Positions 43,101 to 56,289 of a stretch of 64,000 nt of DNA are shown here, piece by piece. Position numbers and translations under genes: made by a program. How positions within the stretch are numbered: position 1 is the first letter of the stretch; each line of letters begins with the position of its first letter. Origin of the DNA: Blastocystis sp. Blastoise (taxonomy: Eukaryota > Protista > Bigyra: Opalinata); the NCBI GenBank assembly GCA_039096225.1, contig JBBPEB010000004.1:1-64000 (forward strand). Reading direction: 5' to 3'. The notes under the pieces were generated by a model that did not search any database, was not told the DNA's origin, and saw only the letters and a program-made list of their open reading frames with translations.

Positions 43101-45008
43101 ATAGCATCAATAGCACTAATAATATAGGTATCATTATTCTGAGGTATAATAGTTGATCCAGAGATAACTCCAGAATAGTAATCAATATATAATCCAGCAG
43201 GTAAAGATGGATCAATAGTATAGGTATGCATGCCACTAGAAGTGGGAGCAAGATTAACATCTAAAAAATTAGCACCTTCTAAGATATGTGCAGCATAATG
43301 AAGACCAGGGCCAAGAATAGCTTTATTATAAGCCATTAAGCAGAATTCACAGAATTCAGTAGCTGCAGCGCCATTATTATCTAAGATCTCTAGTTTTATT
43401 GCATTAAACTGTTTTCTATTAGAGAGTAAGTAGTAATCATAATTAGTTTGTCTCATAGAAAACTTATTATTTGTAACGTGGTCCAAGAATATCCATGTTA
43501 AGCCATTATCTTCAGTACCATATAATATCCATTCCTTTGGATCTCTTGATGACATTTCAATTCCTGACCAAAAACGATAGCCATTAAACCAAGTCTTCAT
43601 GCTTCTAGGAAGAGTATAAACAAGAGTATTATTAGTAGATCCATATAAGAATTTTGTATCCATGTTATTATCAAATGCACTTGCACAACCTTGAGCATTG
43701 TTTAAAACATTATCTATTCGACAATAGTATATTCCTCCACCACCAACGAGAACACCAGCTGAATAAAGGTGTTTATAAAAAATATTCAATGAAAAAAAGT
43801 ATTTGTAATTACATACCATCAGGAGGGATTCTAGTAATAAAGCTAAATGTATCAGTTTGACTCTTTACAGGAATTGGCAAATGAACTTCAATATTAAAAA
43901 GATATGATGATCCAGTATTTATGAAAGGCGAAGCTTGAATAGCAAAACTATATATGGAATTAAGAGGTTATTATTTATAAAAGAAACAATGTTTTCAAAC
44001 AATATGTATATACTCCAAAAACATGCTATAAGTCTCATAAATTAATGAACCAGTATTAAAACTAATAATGCCACTATATAATCAATAATAATCAAATAGA
44101 AACATAGAATCATAAGAATATATATATATATATATTAATATACGAAGGTAATCCAGAGCGAATAGCTTCTTTGCCATTCACATAAATAATGAAACCTGTG
44201 TTAGTTCTTAATGATAAACCTAAAACATGGTATGTAGTATCAGTAAGAGTAAGAGAACACCTATAATATCTTGTTATATAATACATATTCTGAAAGTAAT
44301 CAATATTTCCTGATGACCATGAAGAATCAATGAAATCTTGTTGAAGCCAAGAATTATCGAGCTGAGCAATATTTGTATATTTCCATATTGTATAAATTGA
44401 AAACATTTGTGGTACTATTCAATAATACAGAAATAAAGGAAATTATAGATATAATATAAATATGACACAAAACATACTTTTAAATGATATAATTTTTCTA
44501 CCATTTGACATTGATTCACCATTTAAAAATTTCGCCATGAAATGATAAGTAATATCAACATTAATAGAAATTGTGGAACTTGTTTCCCAACATTGATTAT
44601 AGCTATTAAAAAATAATAAATGTAATTATATATATATATACATGTTCCACATAACAAGAGAATACTGAACATGTGCTAAAAGGCTAATATAATAGGAATA
44701 AGTCCTCCCTGAATAAGAATTGGGTGGAATTCCAGAATCATATATTAATGATTCATCATCATTAATATCAGAACCTTTGTAGATTGACCAACGTTCACGT
44801 TCAGGATAGGATCCATATTGTCTTGTAATAGTACATGGAAATTGTACTTCGACACACTCAGCAACTACTAGAAAAGTTAAGATGATAGCGAAACTTTGTT
44901 AATGCCAATATAAAAATATATATATAATAAAAATCTAAATAAATATATAAATTACCAAAAAAATGAGAGAATGACAACCAACAGAAATCGTAAATCCATC
45001 GTTTTCAT
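31175..45008 (-). CDS. Giant type I surface protein (signal peptide, lectin/Ig modules, 19 HRM-like+Ig repeats, SEA-like region, TM), interrupted by one in-frame TGA at 42884-42886; possible pseudogene or read-through gene
   Basis: Six GT-AG introns between 45008 and ~43760 splice in frame into ORF 42884-43819, which is in the same frame as ORF 31175-42781 across a single TGA. Paralogous to 16321-23807. Confidence 0.82.
31902..39929 (-). repeat. Coding higher-order tandem repeat: ~9.5 x 840 bp, each made of two diverged 420-bp (140-aa) subunits
   Basis: Sequence lines recur identically every 840 nt. A/B subunits differ (ITESGKQITLNCTDP vs KTEIGQQITLLCEDP). Confidence 0.97.
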
Positions 45009-45623
45009 TGTTATATCTATATAAAAAGTTATAATAAATATGGAATAATAATGAATTCTCACTTATAAAATAAATACTATAAACACCCTATAAAAAAATA
45101 ATGTTTGATGGTGGTGAAGAGAAACTCTTTCAATGATTTGAAAAAACTGTAACTATATGTTCAATTCTTTGTACGGGAATAATAACAATATACTTGTAGT
45201 TACTAACATAATCATGGAAATCATCAAGTACCACTTATGATAAAAACTACAACAAAAAATAAATATAAAAATATTAAGTATAAGTTATTATGTGGCTTTA
45301 AAAATATTGGTTGAATATAAAAATATAGTCAGTCAAACATAATGTAAAATCAAAATTGCTAATAAAATTCAAATTCTTAAAAGTCTTCCATTTTGAAAAC
45401 TAAATAGAAATGTAAAAGAAACAAAATACAACATAACATACAGAACTCATAAACAACTTATTTAAAGAATATGCAGTATAAATTATAAAACAAACCATAT
45501 TTTTTTAAGGAATAACAGAATTTTTATACTGCATAATAACATACAACTGAATACGACATCCATATAATCATTATTGAATAGAAATCGTAAAAAAAAAAGA
45601 ATATACTCAAAACAAAAAAGAAA

Positions 45624-45697
45624 CTCTCCCAGACGGGATTGAACCGTCGACCTCCCGGTTAACAGCCGGATGCTCTAACCAGCTGAGCTATGGAAGA
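45624..45697 (-). tRNA. tRNA-Asn (GTT), intronless
   Basis: TCTTCCATAGCTCAGCTGGTTAGAGCATCCGGCTGTTAACCGGGAGGTCGACGGTTCAATCCCGTCTGGGAGAG folds as a cloverleaf with anticodon GTT, followed by a T-run Pol III terminator. Confidence 0.96.
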
Positions 45698-46149
45698 ATC
45701 TGTTAGTTAATTGATTATTTACTTATATCATATGCATCTTCATGAAGAATAGCTTAGTTTCAATTGTGTTTACATAATTTTTTAAAAACATATATCTATA
45801 TTATTTAATATCAAACGAGTATATTTAAATGTTTTTATTTGCCATAATAAATATATAATTTCAAACATAATAAATCAAGTGTATCTAATTTCTAAAAATA
45901 TTAGCAATTGACAATTTAATTCACTAGTTAAGTTTCTTAAAACAGTCATTATAATCTTTATATTTATTGTAATAAATATAGCAAATTACTATGCTGATTC
46001 TTACCACAGATACACATAGATTTCACATAAACAAAGACTCATTTTTTTAAACCAGTTTTCTATCGTTTATCTTTTGTAAATCATCATAAATTATTTTTTT
46101 TTAGAGTTTCTTCATATTCTAATTGCCATAAAATCTCTTTTAAAACACA

Positions 46150-49100
46150 ATGGATCTCTTTTGTGAACCATCATTTCAATCAACAATACTTCTGGATGAA
46201 TATTCTGAAATCACATCGTTTTCTTTATTTGAAACCAGACCTTTCTGTATTGTTGCACAAAAAGACAAAATATCAATCATAAACTTAAAAACGAACGAGG
46301 TTGTTGCTCCACTATTTCATGAGAGTAAATGGGGAGCGGTTTCTATTCGTTGTCATAATAACAAAAATATTGAGTCAGCTCTTATAACAGAACCTTTTTA
46401 TCCTATTTTATGGGATATAGAGTATCAGAATGATATTTTTAAGCCAAGAATCGTCAAATCCTTTGATTTCAACAAAGTTTATATCAATGATGGTAACCTT
46501 ATTTTTTATCTTAATTTCTCTTTTCATTTTATATTCTATAAATAATTAGTTCAATGGGTTAATGACTCGAACTTCCTGACAGGTGACAAGGAAGGAAATC
46601 TCTTTAATTGGGATATACGTATGAGTCATGCCAAACTACATATGTTCAAATCGTCATCTCCAATCTCAAAAGTATTAATACTACTAATTTTAAATATATT
46701 TTTATTATTATTAGTATTAATTTTATTTTTATATTTTTATATACTCTGCTATTGGTCTTCATATTCTTCACATTATTACAATACTATATTTTATATTTAA
46801 TGTTTTAACATACTTAATATTTGTTTCCTATTTAAGATCTGTGTACATCCCCTTACAAAGTCCGTAAGTGTTCTCTCTTCTAATTCGATAGAAATCTTTG
46901 ATTTCAGAAATGGATCTATCATTCAACAATACAAACCTCAAGCTGATTATGTATATTTCTCTTTCTCCTCTTCATTAGACTATCATCATCTATTATAGGA
47001 TATTAAAGATATATGTTATGTTGATAAATCAGATGCTCTCTATATCCTACGCAATAAAAATGTATTCTACTATAATATATATAATGCAACGGAAACTCAA
47101 CTTACAAATAACAAAACTGAACTCTATACACAATTCTACCCTGTCAAAAATGATAATAAACTATGTAATCTCTTTATATATTTATCAAACTCTCTATTTC
47201 ACTTCATTTTATACTCTCTCTCATCTTATCCTTTTTAGGTCTTTTATCCTCCAAATACTTTTATATTTATTCACTATCTCCATCGATTTCTCTTGGTAAA
47301 ACTCCTTCTTCATCTTCTACCAATCTCTATAAACAGAATTATTGTGAAGAACTCTATCGTTGTAAGGTCGATAATGGTATTCAAATCGCGGCAAATAAAT
47401 ATGATACATTATATACATGTATGTTTAATTTATTTTCTTTTAGTTATTTCTATTAGTGATTCAAACACCATCACATCTCCTCTCTTTCTCTGTTCCTATG
47501 AACTCAATAGACTCCATAGTATAATCATTACTTCTCCCTATTTTCACTTATTCTCTAGAAACGTAGTCCACATCCAGGTCTATCCACTTCACCTCTCTAT
47601 ATTCAAAACTCAATGAAAAATGATAGTTTCAATCGTATTATGAGTGGAATCACCAAAGAAATTGAGGAGGTTCATGATGGTATATATCCTATTATTCTAT
47701 TACATATTATGAATTATATAGATATTGGATTAAGCTTAAAGAATGACTTGTATATTTTATTTCTCATATATATATATCTTTTGAATTTCTTCATTCATGA
47801 TTTCTTTATTCAGTGAGAAACAACTACTCGATCTTTATAATAAAATTATTAATGAAGAATATGCTAACATCTATATCATATTTCTCAATCTTCAAAACTG
47901 TATTTATCAAATATAACTCTGCTTCCCTTATATATAATATATATAGTAGAAATTGGTCTTCGATATAAAATCAATTATTCTACATCCTATATCTATATTG
48001 ATATTATCTATACTTATATATACAGTTCATATATTAATTCTTCTCACTTCGATGTCAAAGGTATTTATTATATTATAACTCTATATATTTCTTTAGTGTC
48101 TCTTCTCCATGATATCTCCGATAGACCAATTCCTATTTATATTGACAGACTCCTTCAACTTAAACTCTCAAGGAAACTTTATTATCTTAATACTAATATT
48201 CATGAGAAGAATCTTTATATAACCGCAGTTATGGAAACTAAAGTATAATATATATTACATTACCTCATTGTTATAGACGTTACTCAGTGATATTTTATCC
48301 AATGAAAAGAATTCTAAAGCTATGGAAATTCAAAAAGAAGGCAAATCCACTGGAAAAGTCGAAGAAATTAATAAAAACCATGACAAATATATTTGTGGAC
48401 CTCCACCTGTTCTTGCTATTTGGGGGTATATATTCATTTGCTTATTATATTTACATATGCTTTAGTGGAATCAACAAACTCATTGTAATCAAAAACACTA
48501 TCAACTCTACAATGTAATATATAACTATATCTCTCTTTTCTAAACTTCTTAGTGAAGAAGAAATACAATGGCCTGTCACTTTCACAGATTATCTAGACAT
48601 TCGAAATAAAGTATATGTCCTTTATATATATATATATATTATGTAGATTTCCAACTCAATTGAACCTAATAATATCCTTTTAACTAATATCTTACACTTC
48701 TTTTCTCTTATTTTCTTAATAATATACATACAAAAAGTGATACAGAAAGTGATACAGAAGAAGAAGAAGAAGAAGAAGAAGAATATATTTATCGAGACGA
48801 CAACAAAGGTGAAGAACAAGGTATATTTATTATATTTCTTGTTTTTATGGATTATTCTAGATGATGATGAAAAGGAGTCAAACACTTATTTATATGTATC
48901 TATTTATATACATATATATATACTCTTCTACATTTTTTTTTTATTCAGGACGTTTCTTTTGGAGTTAATCCACATCTTAGCAAACAATTCAACCTTCTTC
49001 ATATATCTATGTATAATTCTTTTTCTTAATTCATTATTCTCTCTAGAATCAAGCCATCACTGAAAATTTATATGCTTTCTGAATATATAAACATTAATAA

Positions 49101-50328
49101 AACTCTCATCGATAGTTATTCACTTTCCAACTGTAAACAATTCTTCAATATTCCTTCTGTTATCTATATATATATAGTCCCAACCATGAATGATCTATGT
49201 ACTTATAACTTGAATGTATGTCGTCTCTGTCATTACACACTTCTTGAAGATATATGGGGATTTCTCCTCTTTCTCCTTGATGACCAGAATGATGTATATA
49301 ACATTTCTCTTTTATTATATATATATATATCATTTATAGAATACTGTTTCATGGGGTACATCCTCTCTTATTCATGATATTATCATGGGAATTCTTAACT
49401 CACTCATATATAATGGTATTTATTATTATTCTCTTCATTCATCTATATCAAATAATCAATATTCTAATATTATTATCTATAGGAGATCTTTCTTCTCTTG
49501 CTTATGTTTGTTATGTTTTTCAATATATTCTAACATCTCTCTATCCTATTTATAATGATCTTTACTTCTCACCATCCCCTTCGTACTCTTCACTTCCTAA
49601 AGATGGAATTCAGTCCATTTCAGCATCATCACTGAATCAGATTCAGTCCAAGTGCAATACAAATCCTCTAACTTTTATTGATGGTTATAAACAATATAAA
49701 GAGATATACCTCCTCCTGAATAACTGTATTCATCAATATGCAGATGTATAATATCTTCTGTTTATCTTATCACTTAATCATTTCTTTTTTTCTAGATTCT
49801 CGACAGACTCAAACTCTATACACAAAAAGTAGCTATTCTCAATCCATTTACAATAATTCAAGAAGATACCTATGTATATATTATCACTTTTAGTCTTATT
49901 TCCTCTCACTATTATCTTCAATAGACAACACCCCTTCAATATTTATGTTGTTACTGTGAACAACCTATTACAGGCCTCTTCTTATTATGTCAAAAATGTG
50001 GACATGTATTTCACACTCAACATGCTGTCACGTGGTTTTCTCAATATAGCACATGCCCTTCTGGATGTGGATGTGAATGTGGTCTTTCTAATGTAAACCA
50101 TTTTTATTATAACATTTCGTTTATTTATCCCTTTATATAGGCTTCTAGTGTTTCGTCACCTACTCCTTCTCTCTTCTCTCCACGTGGGAATACAAATCCA
50201 AAACCAGTATACAAAACTGTTAAGGAAATTCGTGGAAATACACTATTGTCACCTTATTCTTTCAAAGTATATAATTCTTAAATTTTTAACTTAATATATA
50301 GGATATATATGCAACATACTCAACATAA
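46150..50328 (+). CDS. WDR59/Sea3(Mtc5)-like GATOR2 subunit (WD40 repeats, helical region, C-terminal RING; ~26 exons)
   Basis: WD motifs (ILWDI, FNWDIR, EIFDFR), LCTYNLNVC, GDLSSLAYV, YADILDRL, and CCYCEQPITGL..CQKCGHVFHTQHAVTWF...CPSGCGCEC. One internal donor (~47367 or 47391) is ambiguous. Confidence 0.72.
48672..48727 (+). other. U12-type AT-AC intron (56 nt, phase 1)
   Basis: Donor ATATCCTTTT; branch TTTCTTAAT then aatatAC. Removal is needed to reach the acidic NTKSDTESDTEEEE frame that continues to the RING. Confidence 0.88.
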
Positions 50329-51650
50329 TACGATTAATTCTTATATTTTTATCTATATTACACAAAAATTCATAAAAAAATCCATAAAATTTTCAAAAAT
50401 AAAATAAAATGGATTTAATAATATTTTGATTTACTAATAGATTTTGAGTACTAAGAATTTTGTTTTGCTTCATTTTTATTATATTGTAACACTTTATAAA
50501 AAGAAAATAGTAAAAATTGATAATTAATTTGTTCCATTAAATAGATATAAAAATGATAAAATAAATTATAATAATTTTAGTAATTCTTTTAAATCAAAAA
50601 AAAAATGTATATTTATTCTAAACGACCATTTATATTTTTTAACTTTAATACTTGAGTTTTAAAATATACACATTGTATTGTAAAGTTTTTCAATTAGAAT
50701 ACTCTTAAATATACTAATGGCAATTAAAAAATATAAAAGAAAATCAAAATTATCAATTATTGTAGTTACAAAAAATCTATTCTTAAAAAATGATATAAAT
50801 AATTGTAATATGTTGAAATTGTTTCTTCATTGCATAACAGAATTATTTCAAACATCAATCCAAAACTTATATTTAAAATACCAAACTATTATTAATAATA
50901 AAAATATAAAAATTTAGACTATTCGCAATATTATTAATATTTTATTATTTTTTCTTATTTTTTTAAAGAAATATATAATAAATATAAGCTGTTCAAAAGT
51001 TGCCATAATAATTTATACATTTTTTAACAACTCAAATATTATAAATCTAATATATTGTAAAAGCATGTAAAGCACATATTATGAATAAAAAAAGAAATTT
51101 GCCTAGATTGTTCTCTAAAACACTGGTAAAATCAAATTAATTATCAAAAGAAACTGATAAAAAACCATCAAGAAAACCAGATAGAAAGGTTATTTAAACT
51201 CAAATTAGAATTATTTATATTACTTTCATATTCATTGAAATTTATTGATCAATTGATATAATAATAATCTAAAGAAAGAAAAATAATATAACGAGAATGA
51301 TTCATGTAAATCTTATGAAAATATAATCAATCTCGAATAGTATTATCAAACTCAAATAATTAAGTCAAATCAATTGATTCATATCAAACTCAAACAATAG
51401 TTTCTTTTTAAATAAATGAGTTTGATTAAGAAAAAAATGTAACATTTGATTTGATTTGATTTGATTTCAATCAAATTAACTGATTAATATAAAAACGATT
51501 GTAATATATAAATTGATAAAATATACAAATATAAACATTTGATTGATATCATTCAAAGTCAATAATATTAAATAATTTGTTTCTTATTGTTAGAGCGGTT
51601 CAAAAATTGTGACAAAGTTGCGAAAAAGTTGCGACAAGTTGTGACACTTT

Positions 51651-52846
51651 TTAAACACTATTTTTATAAGCAAAACTAATTTTTAATAATGAAAACATAA
51701 ATAAAACATATAAAATATAAATTATGAATAAGTTAAGAAAAATATTAATCAAGATTGATCTCTGAAAAATTACTAAAAGTAGTAAATTATCAAAAAGTAA
51801 GTTGACAAAAACATCATCAAGTGAATCAGATAAAAGACTATTTGAATTGAACTTAGAATTATAATCATCATTTTCATGTTCATTTGTTATTGATTCATTA
51901 TCATCTACAATTGTCATTGAAGAATCATTAATTGTAGTATCTATTTCATCTTCAATAATCATTGAATCATTTTGAATTGAAACATTATCTATTTGTGGAT
52001 TCATATAAAAAAAATAAATCTCTAAACAAATTATCATCAGAATAACTAAATTTATTCTTTGTAAATAAAATATTCATAAAAGAGAAAGATTTTACTACAC
52101 TAACAGTAGTAGATGGTAATTGAAGAATGAAAGGAATTATTTGAGAAATAGATGGAATTTGTTTAAGAATAGGAAAATAAAATTTTATCATTTGTTCTTT
52201 ACTTATCATATTTTGAGGAAAACATTCATTTTATTTCTTCTCATTATCTATAAAATCTTTCAATTTTGAAACACATAATAAATAATCTTTCTTTTCTATA
52301 TCTAAAAATTCAGATGAAGTGAAAGAAGGAAATGAAGGAGTCATCAAGAAAGGATTGAAATATTTTACTTCATTATAAAATATCATTTGTTTCTTATTCA
52401 TTGTTTTGATTTCTTTCAATTTTAATAATGTATTCGTAAAACCTATTTAATATAAATAAATAATAAATAATAAATATACTTTTCTTATATTCTTGAATAA
52501 ATGAAGATTGAACATTTGAAAAATTATTTTCTTCACATATTTCATTCACTATCATAATTATATTATCTTTTGAATTTTTCAATTCTTCTTCAATTTCATC
52601 TATGAAACTAGAAACATTACAACATTGAAAATTATCATTTGATAATAATTTTAATATTTCTTCAAACATTATCCCACTCTTCAAAAGAATTGACATTTCG
52701 ATATGTAAAGAAGAAGATAATTGATTATTTTCAAGAATATTCAATATTTCTTTATCTTTTTCACTTAACATATCCAATGTTTCTAAATATTCATAGAATG
52801 ATTTCAAATATTTAAAATATTTCAAAATATATCTTAATGATTTATA
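51651..52846 (-). pseudogene. 5'-truncated hAT transposase pseudogene (left-arm copy)
   Basis: Mirror of 55091-56289, with the same stop and frameshift. Confidence 0.75.
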
Positions 52847-53203
52847 TAGAGCGGTTCAAAAGTTGCGACAAAAGTTGTGACAAGTTGCGACAATTTGCGA
52901 CACTTTTTATATCTCATTTGTAAGCCATATATTTATTATATAATAAATTTATATATATAATTATAAAGAGATTTACATGATGATTACATAAATAATTTTT
53001 AAATGAATTAAAAATGAGTTTAATACTCTTAATAAGCGTTTTAAACACTAAAAATTGAATTTTTTAAAGTCAAATTTATTCTATAAATATCGTTATTTTA
53101 ATCATTTTAACAATCTTTTAACGATTTTTAAAATATTATATTATTTTTATATTATAAGAATAATGTTATTAAATATAAAAAGTGAAGAATTGAATGTCAT
53201 AGA

Positions 53204-54404
53204 TAGAGCGGTTCAAAAGTTGCGACAAAAGTTGCGACAAGTTAAGACAGTTGCGACACTTTTTATATCTCATTTGTAAGCCATATATTTATTATAAAAT
53301 ATATTTAAATAAATAATTATAAAGATATTTTCATGATGATTACATAAATAATTTTTAAATAAATTAAAAATAAGTTTAATACACCAAATAAGCGTTTTAA
53401 ACACTAAAAATTGAAATTTTTGAAATTCATAAGTGAAAATTCATTAGATAAATATCGTTATTTTTATCATTTTTTAATTCTTTTAACGATTTTTAAAATA
53501 TAATATTATTTTTATATTATCAAAATAATGTTATTAAATATAAAAAGTGAAGAATTGAATGTCATAAAAGCTTCATTGAAGACAAAATGAGCTCATTAAG
53601 TATAAAAATATTTTTAAAATGATTCATTTCTTCATAATGAGCTAATAATGAGTTATTGATAACATATATATTCAAATAATTTCATTTCATCAAAATTCAA
53701 TTTTTAACATTCTTCATTAAGCATCATATAATGAATCATTATGATGTAAATATGTATCTATATGATAATTAATAGTCAATTATAAATATATTATTCTTAA
53801 TTAGATGACAAGATGAGCTGATAAAAATACATTCAGTTCAAAAAGATCTAAAATCAATGTATTAATGAAATCATTCACATTATCAAATACTATAAATAAT
53901 ACAAACTATGATTTCAATTGAAAATGGATAAATAATGCGAAGAAATGAAAAATGAAATTCATTTGAATTTTGATTAGAAAATTGAATTTCAAAAATGAGT
54001 CAAAAATGGCTTTATCCCGTAAATAAATCAAATTTTTGACTGGAAAAAAATTGTTCAAAATATTTTGAATTCTTTCTTTAATTCATTTCATATAATCTTT
54101 TCATTTTCATAAAATGAAATTTGGTATATATATTTGCCGATACTTAATTTATATAATGAAATTATTCTATTCTATAAAATATTAATTGAATATATGTTTA
54201 ATGGAAAAGTTGTGACAAAGTTGTGACAAATTGCGACACTGAATTCATTCTTTAAACAAGTCTTTTTACTTACCAATTTAATAAAATAATCGCGATACTC
54301 TCGCCATTATTCATGGTTAAAAAAGTTGCGACAAATTGTGACAAGTTGCGACAAGTTGTGAAATTTGTCGCAACTCGATTTGTCGCAACTTTTGAACCGC
54401 TCTA
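53204..54404. mobile_element. Complete non-autonomous hAT element (1.2 kb, MITE-like)
   Basis: 24-bp-plus TIR TAGAGCGGTTCAAAAGTTGCGACA / TGTCGCAACTTTTGAACCGCTCTA, arrays of GTTGYGACA at both ends, no coding capacity. Confidence 0.8.
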
Positions 54405-55090
54405 ATTCATAGTATTTAATAATGTGAATGATTTCATTAATACATTGATTTTAGATCTTTTTGAACTGAATGTATTTTTATCAGCTCATTTTATCATCTA
54501 ATTAAGAATAATATATTTATAATTGACTATTAATTATCATATAGATACATATTTATATCATAATAATTCATTATATGATGTTTAGTGAAGAATGTTAAAA
54601 ATTGAATTTTGATGAAATGAAATTATTTGAATATATATGTTATCATTAGCTCATTATTAGCTCATTATGAAGAAATGAATCATTTTAAAATACTTTTTAT
54701 ACTTAATGAGTTCATTTTATCTTCAATGAAGCTTTTATGACATTCAATTCTTCACTTTTTATATTTAATAACATTATTTTGATAATATAAAAATAATATA
54801 ATATTTTAAAAATCGTTAAAAGATTGTTAAAATGATTAAAATAACGATATTTATAGAATAAATTTGACTTTAAAAAATTCAATTTTTAGTGTTTAAAACG
54901 CTTATTAAGAGTATTAAACTCATTTTTAATTCATTTAAAAATTATTTATGTAATCATCATGTAAATCTCTTTATAATTATATATATAAATTTATTATATA
55001 ATAAATATATGGCTTACAAATGAGATATAAAAAGTGTCGCAAATTGTCGCAACTTGTCACAACTTTTGTCGCAACTTTTGAACCGCTCTA

Positions 55091-56289
55091 TATAAATCAT
55101 TAAGATATATTTTGAAATATTTTAAATATTTGAAATCATTCTATGAATATTTAGAAACATTGGATATGTTAAGTGAAAAAGATAAAGAAATATTGAATAT
55201 TCTTGAAAATAATCAATTATCTTCTTCTTTACATATCGAAATGTCAATTCTTTTGAAGAGTGGGATAATGTTTGAAGAAATATTAAAATTATTATCAAAT
55301 GATAATTTTCAATGTTGTAATGTTTCTAGTTTCATAGATGAAATTGAAGAAGAATTGAAAAATTCAAAAGATAATATAATTATGATAGTGAATGAAATAT
55401 GTGAAGAAAATAATTTTTCAAATGTTCAATCTTCATTTATTCAAGAATATAAGAAAAGTATATTTATTATTTATTATTATTTATTTATATTAAATAGGTT
55501 TTACGAATACATTATTAAAATTGAAAGAAATCAAAACAATGAATAAGAAACAAATGATATTTTATAATGAAGTAAAATATTTCAATCCTTTCTTGATGAC
55601 TCCTTCATTTCCTTCTTTCACTTCATCTGAATTTTTAGATATAGAAAAGAAAGATTATTTATTATGTGTTTCAAAATTGAAAGATTTTATAGATAATGAG
55701 AAGAAATAAAATGAATGTTTTCCTCAAAATATGATAAGTAAAGAACAAATGATAAAATTTTATTTTCCTATTCTTAAACAAATTCCATCTATTTCTCAAA
55801 TAATTCCTTTCATTCTTCAATTACCATCTACTACTGTTAGTGTAGTAAAATCTTTCTCTTTTATGAATATTTTATTTACAAAGAATAAATTTAGTTATTC
55901 TGATGATAATTTGTTTAGAGATTTATTTTTTTTATATGAATCCACAAATAGATAATGTTTCAATTCAAAATGATTCAATGATTATTGAAGATGAAATAGA
56001 TACTACAATTAATGATTCTTCAATGACAATTGTAGATGATAATGAATCAATAACAAATGAACATGAAAATGATGATTATAATTCTAAGTTCAATTCAAAT
56101 AGTCTTTTATCTGATTCACTTGATGATGTTTTTGTCAACTTACTTTTTGATAATTTACTACTTTTAGTAATTTTTCAGAGATCAATCTTGATTAATATTT
56201 TTCTTAACTTATTCATAATTTATATTTTATATGTTTTATTTATGTTTTCATTATTAAAAATTAGTTTTGCTTATAAAAATAGTGTTTAA
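55091..56289 (+). pseudogene. 5'-truncated hAT transposase pseudogene (right-arm copy)
   Basis: Frame open from the junction (YKSLRYILKYF..), 40-nt GT-AG intron 55458-55497, in-frame TAA 55707-55709, then hAT dimerisation-like IPSISQIIPFILQLPSTTVSVVKSFSFMNILFTKNKFSYSDDNL (ERxFS degenerated). Apparent frameshift in the T-run at ~55930. Confidence 0.78.

Noticed and set aside
47367-47443. Possible GC-AG intron in WDR59 (gcg|GCAAAT)
   Set aside because: An in-phase GT donor (aag|GTCGAT) is also available; undecidable without RNA data.
51591-54404. GTTGCGACA repeats as a CRISPR array or telomeric repeats
   Set aside because: No unique spacers, eukaryotic context, and the repeats are confined to transposon subtermini.
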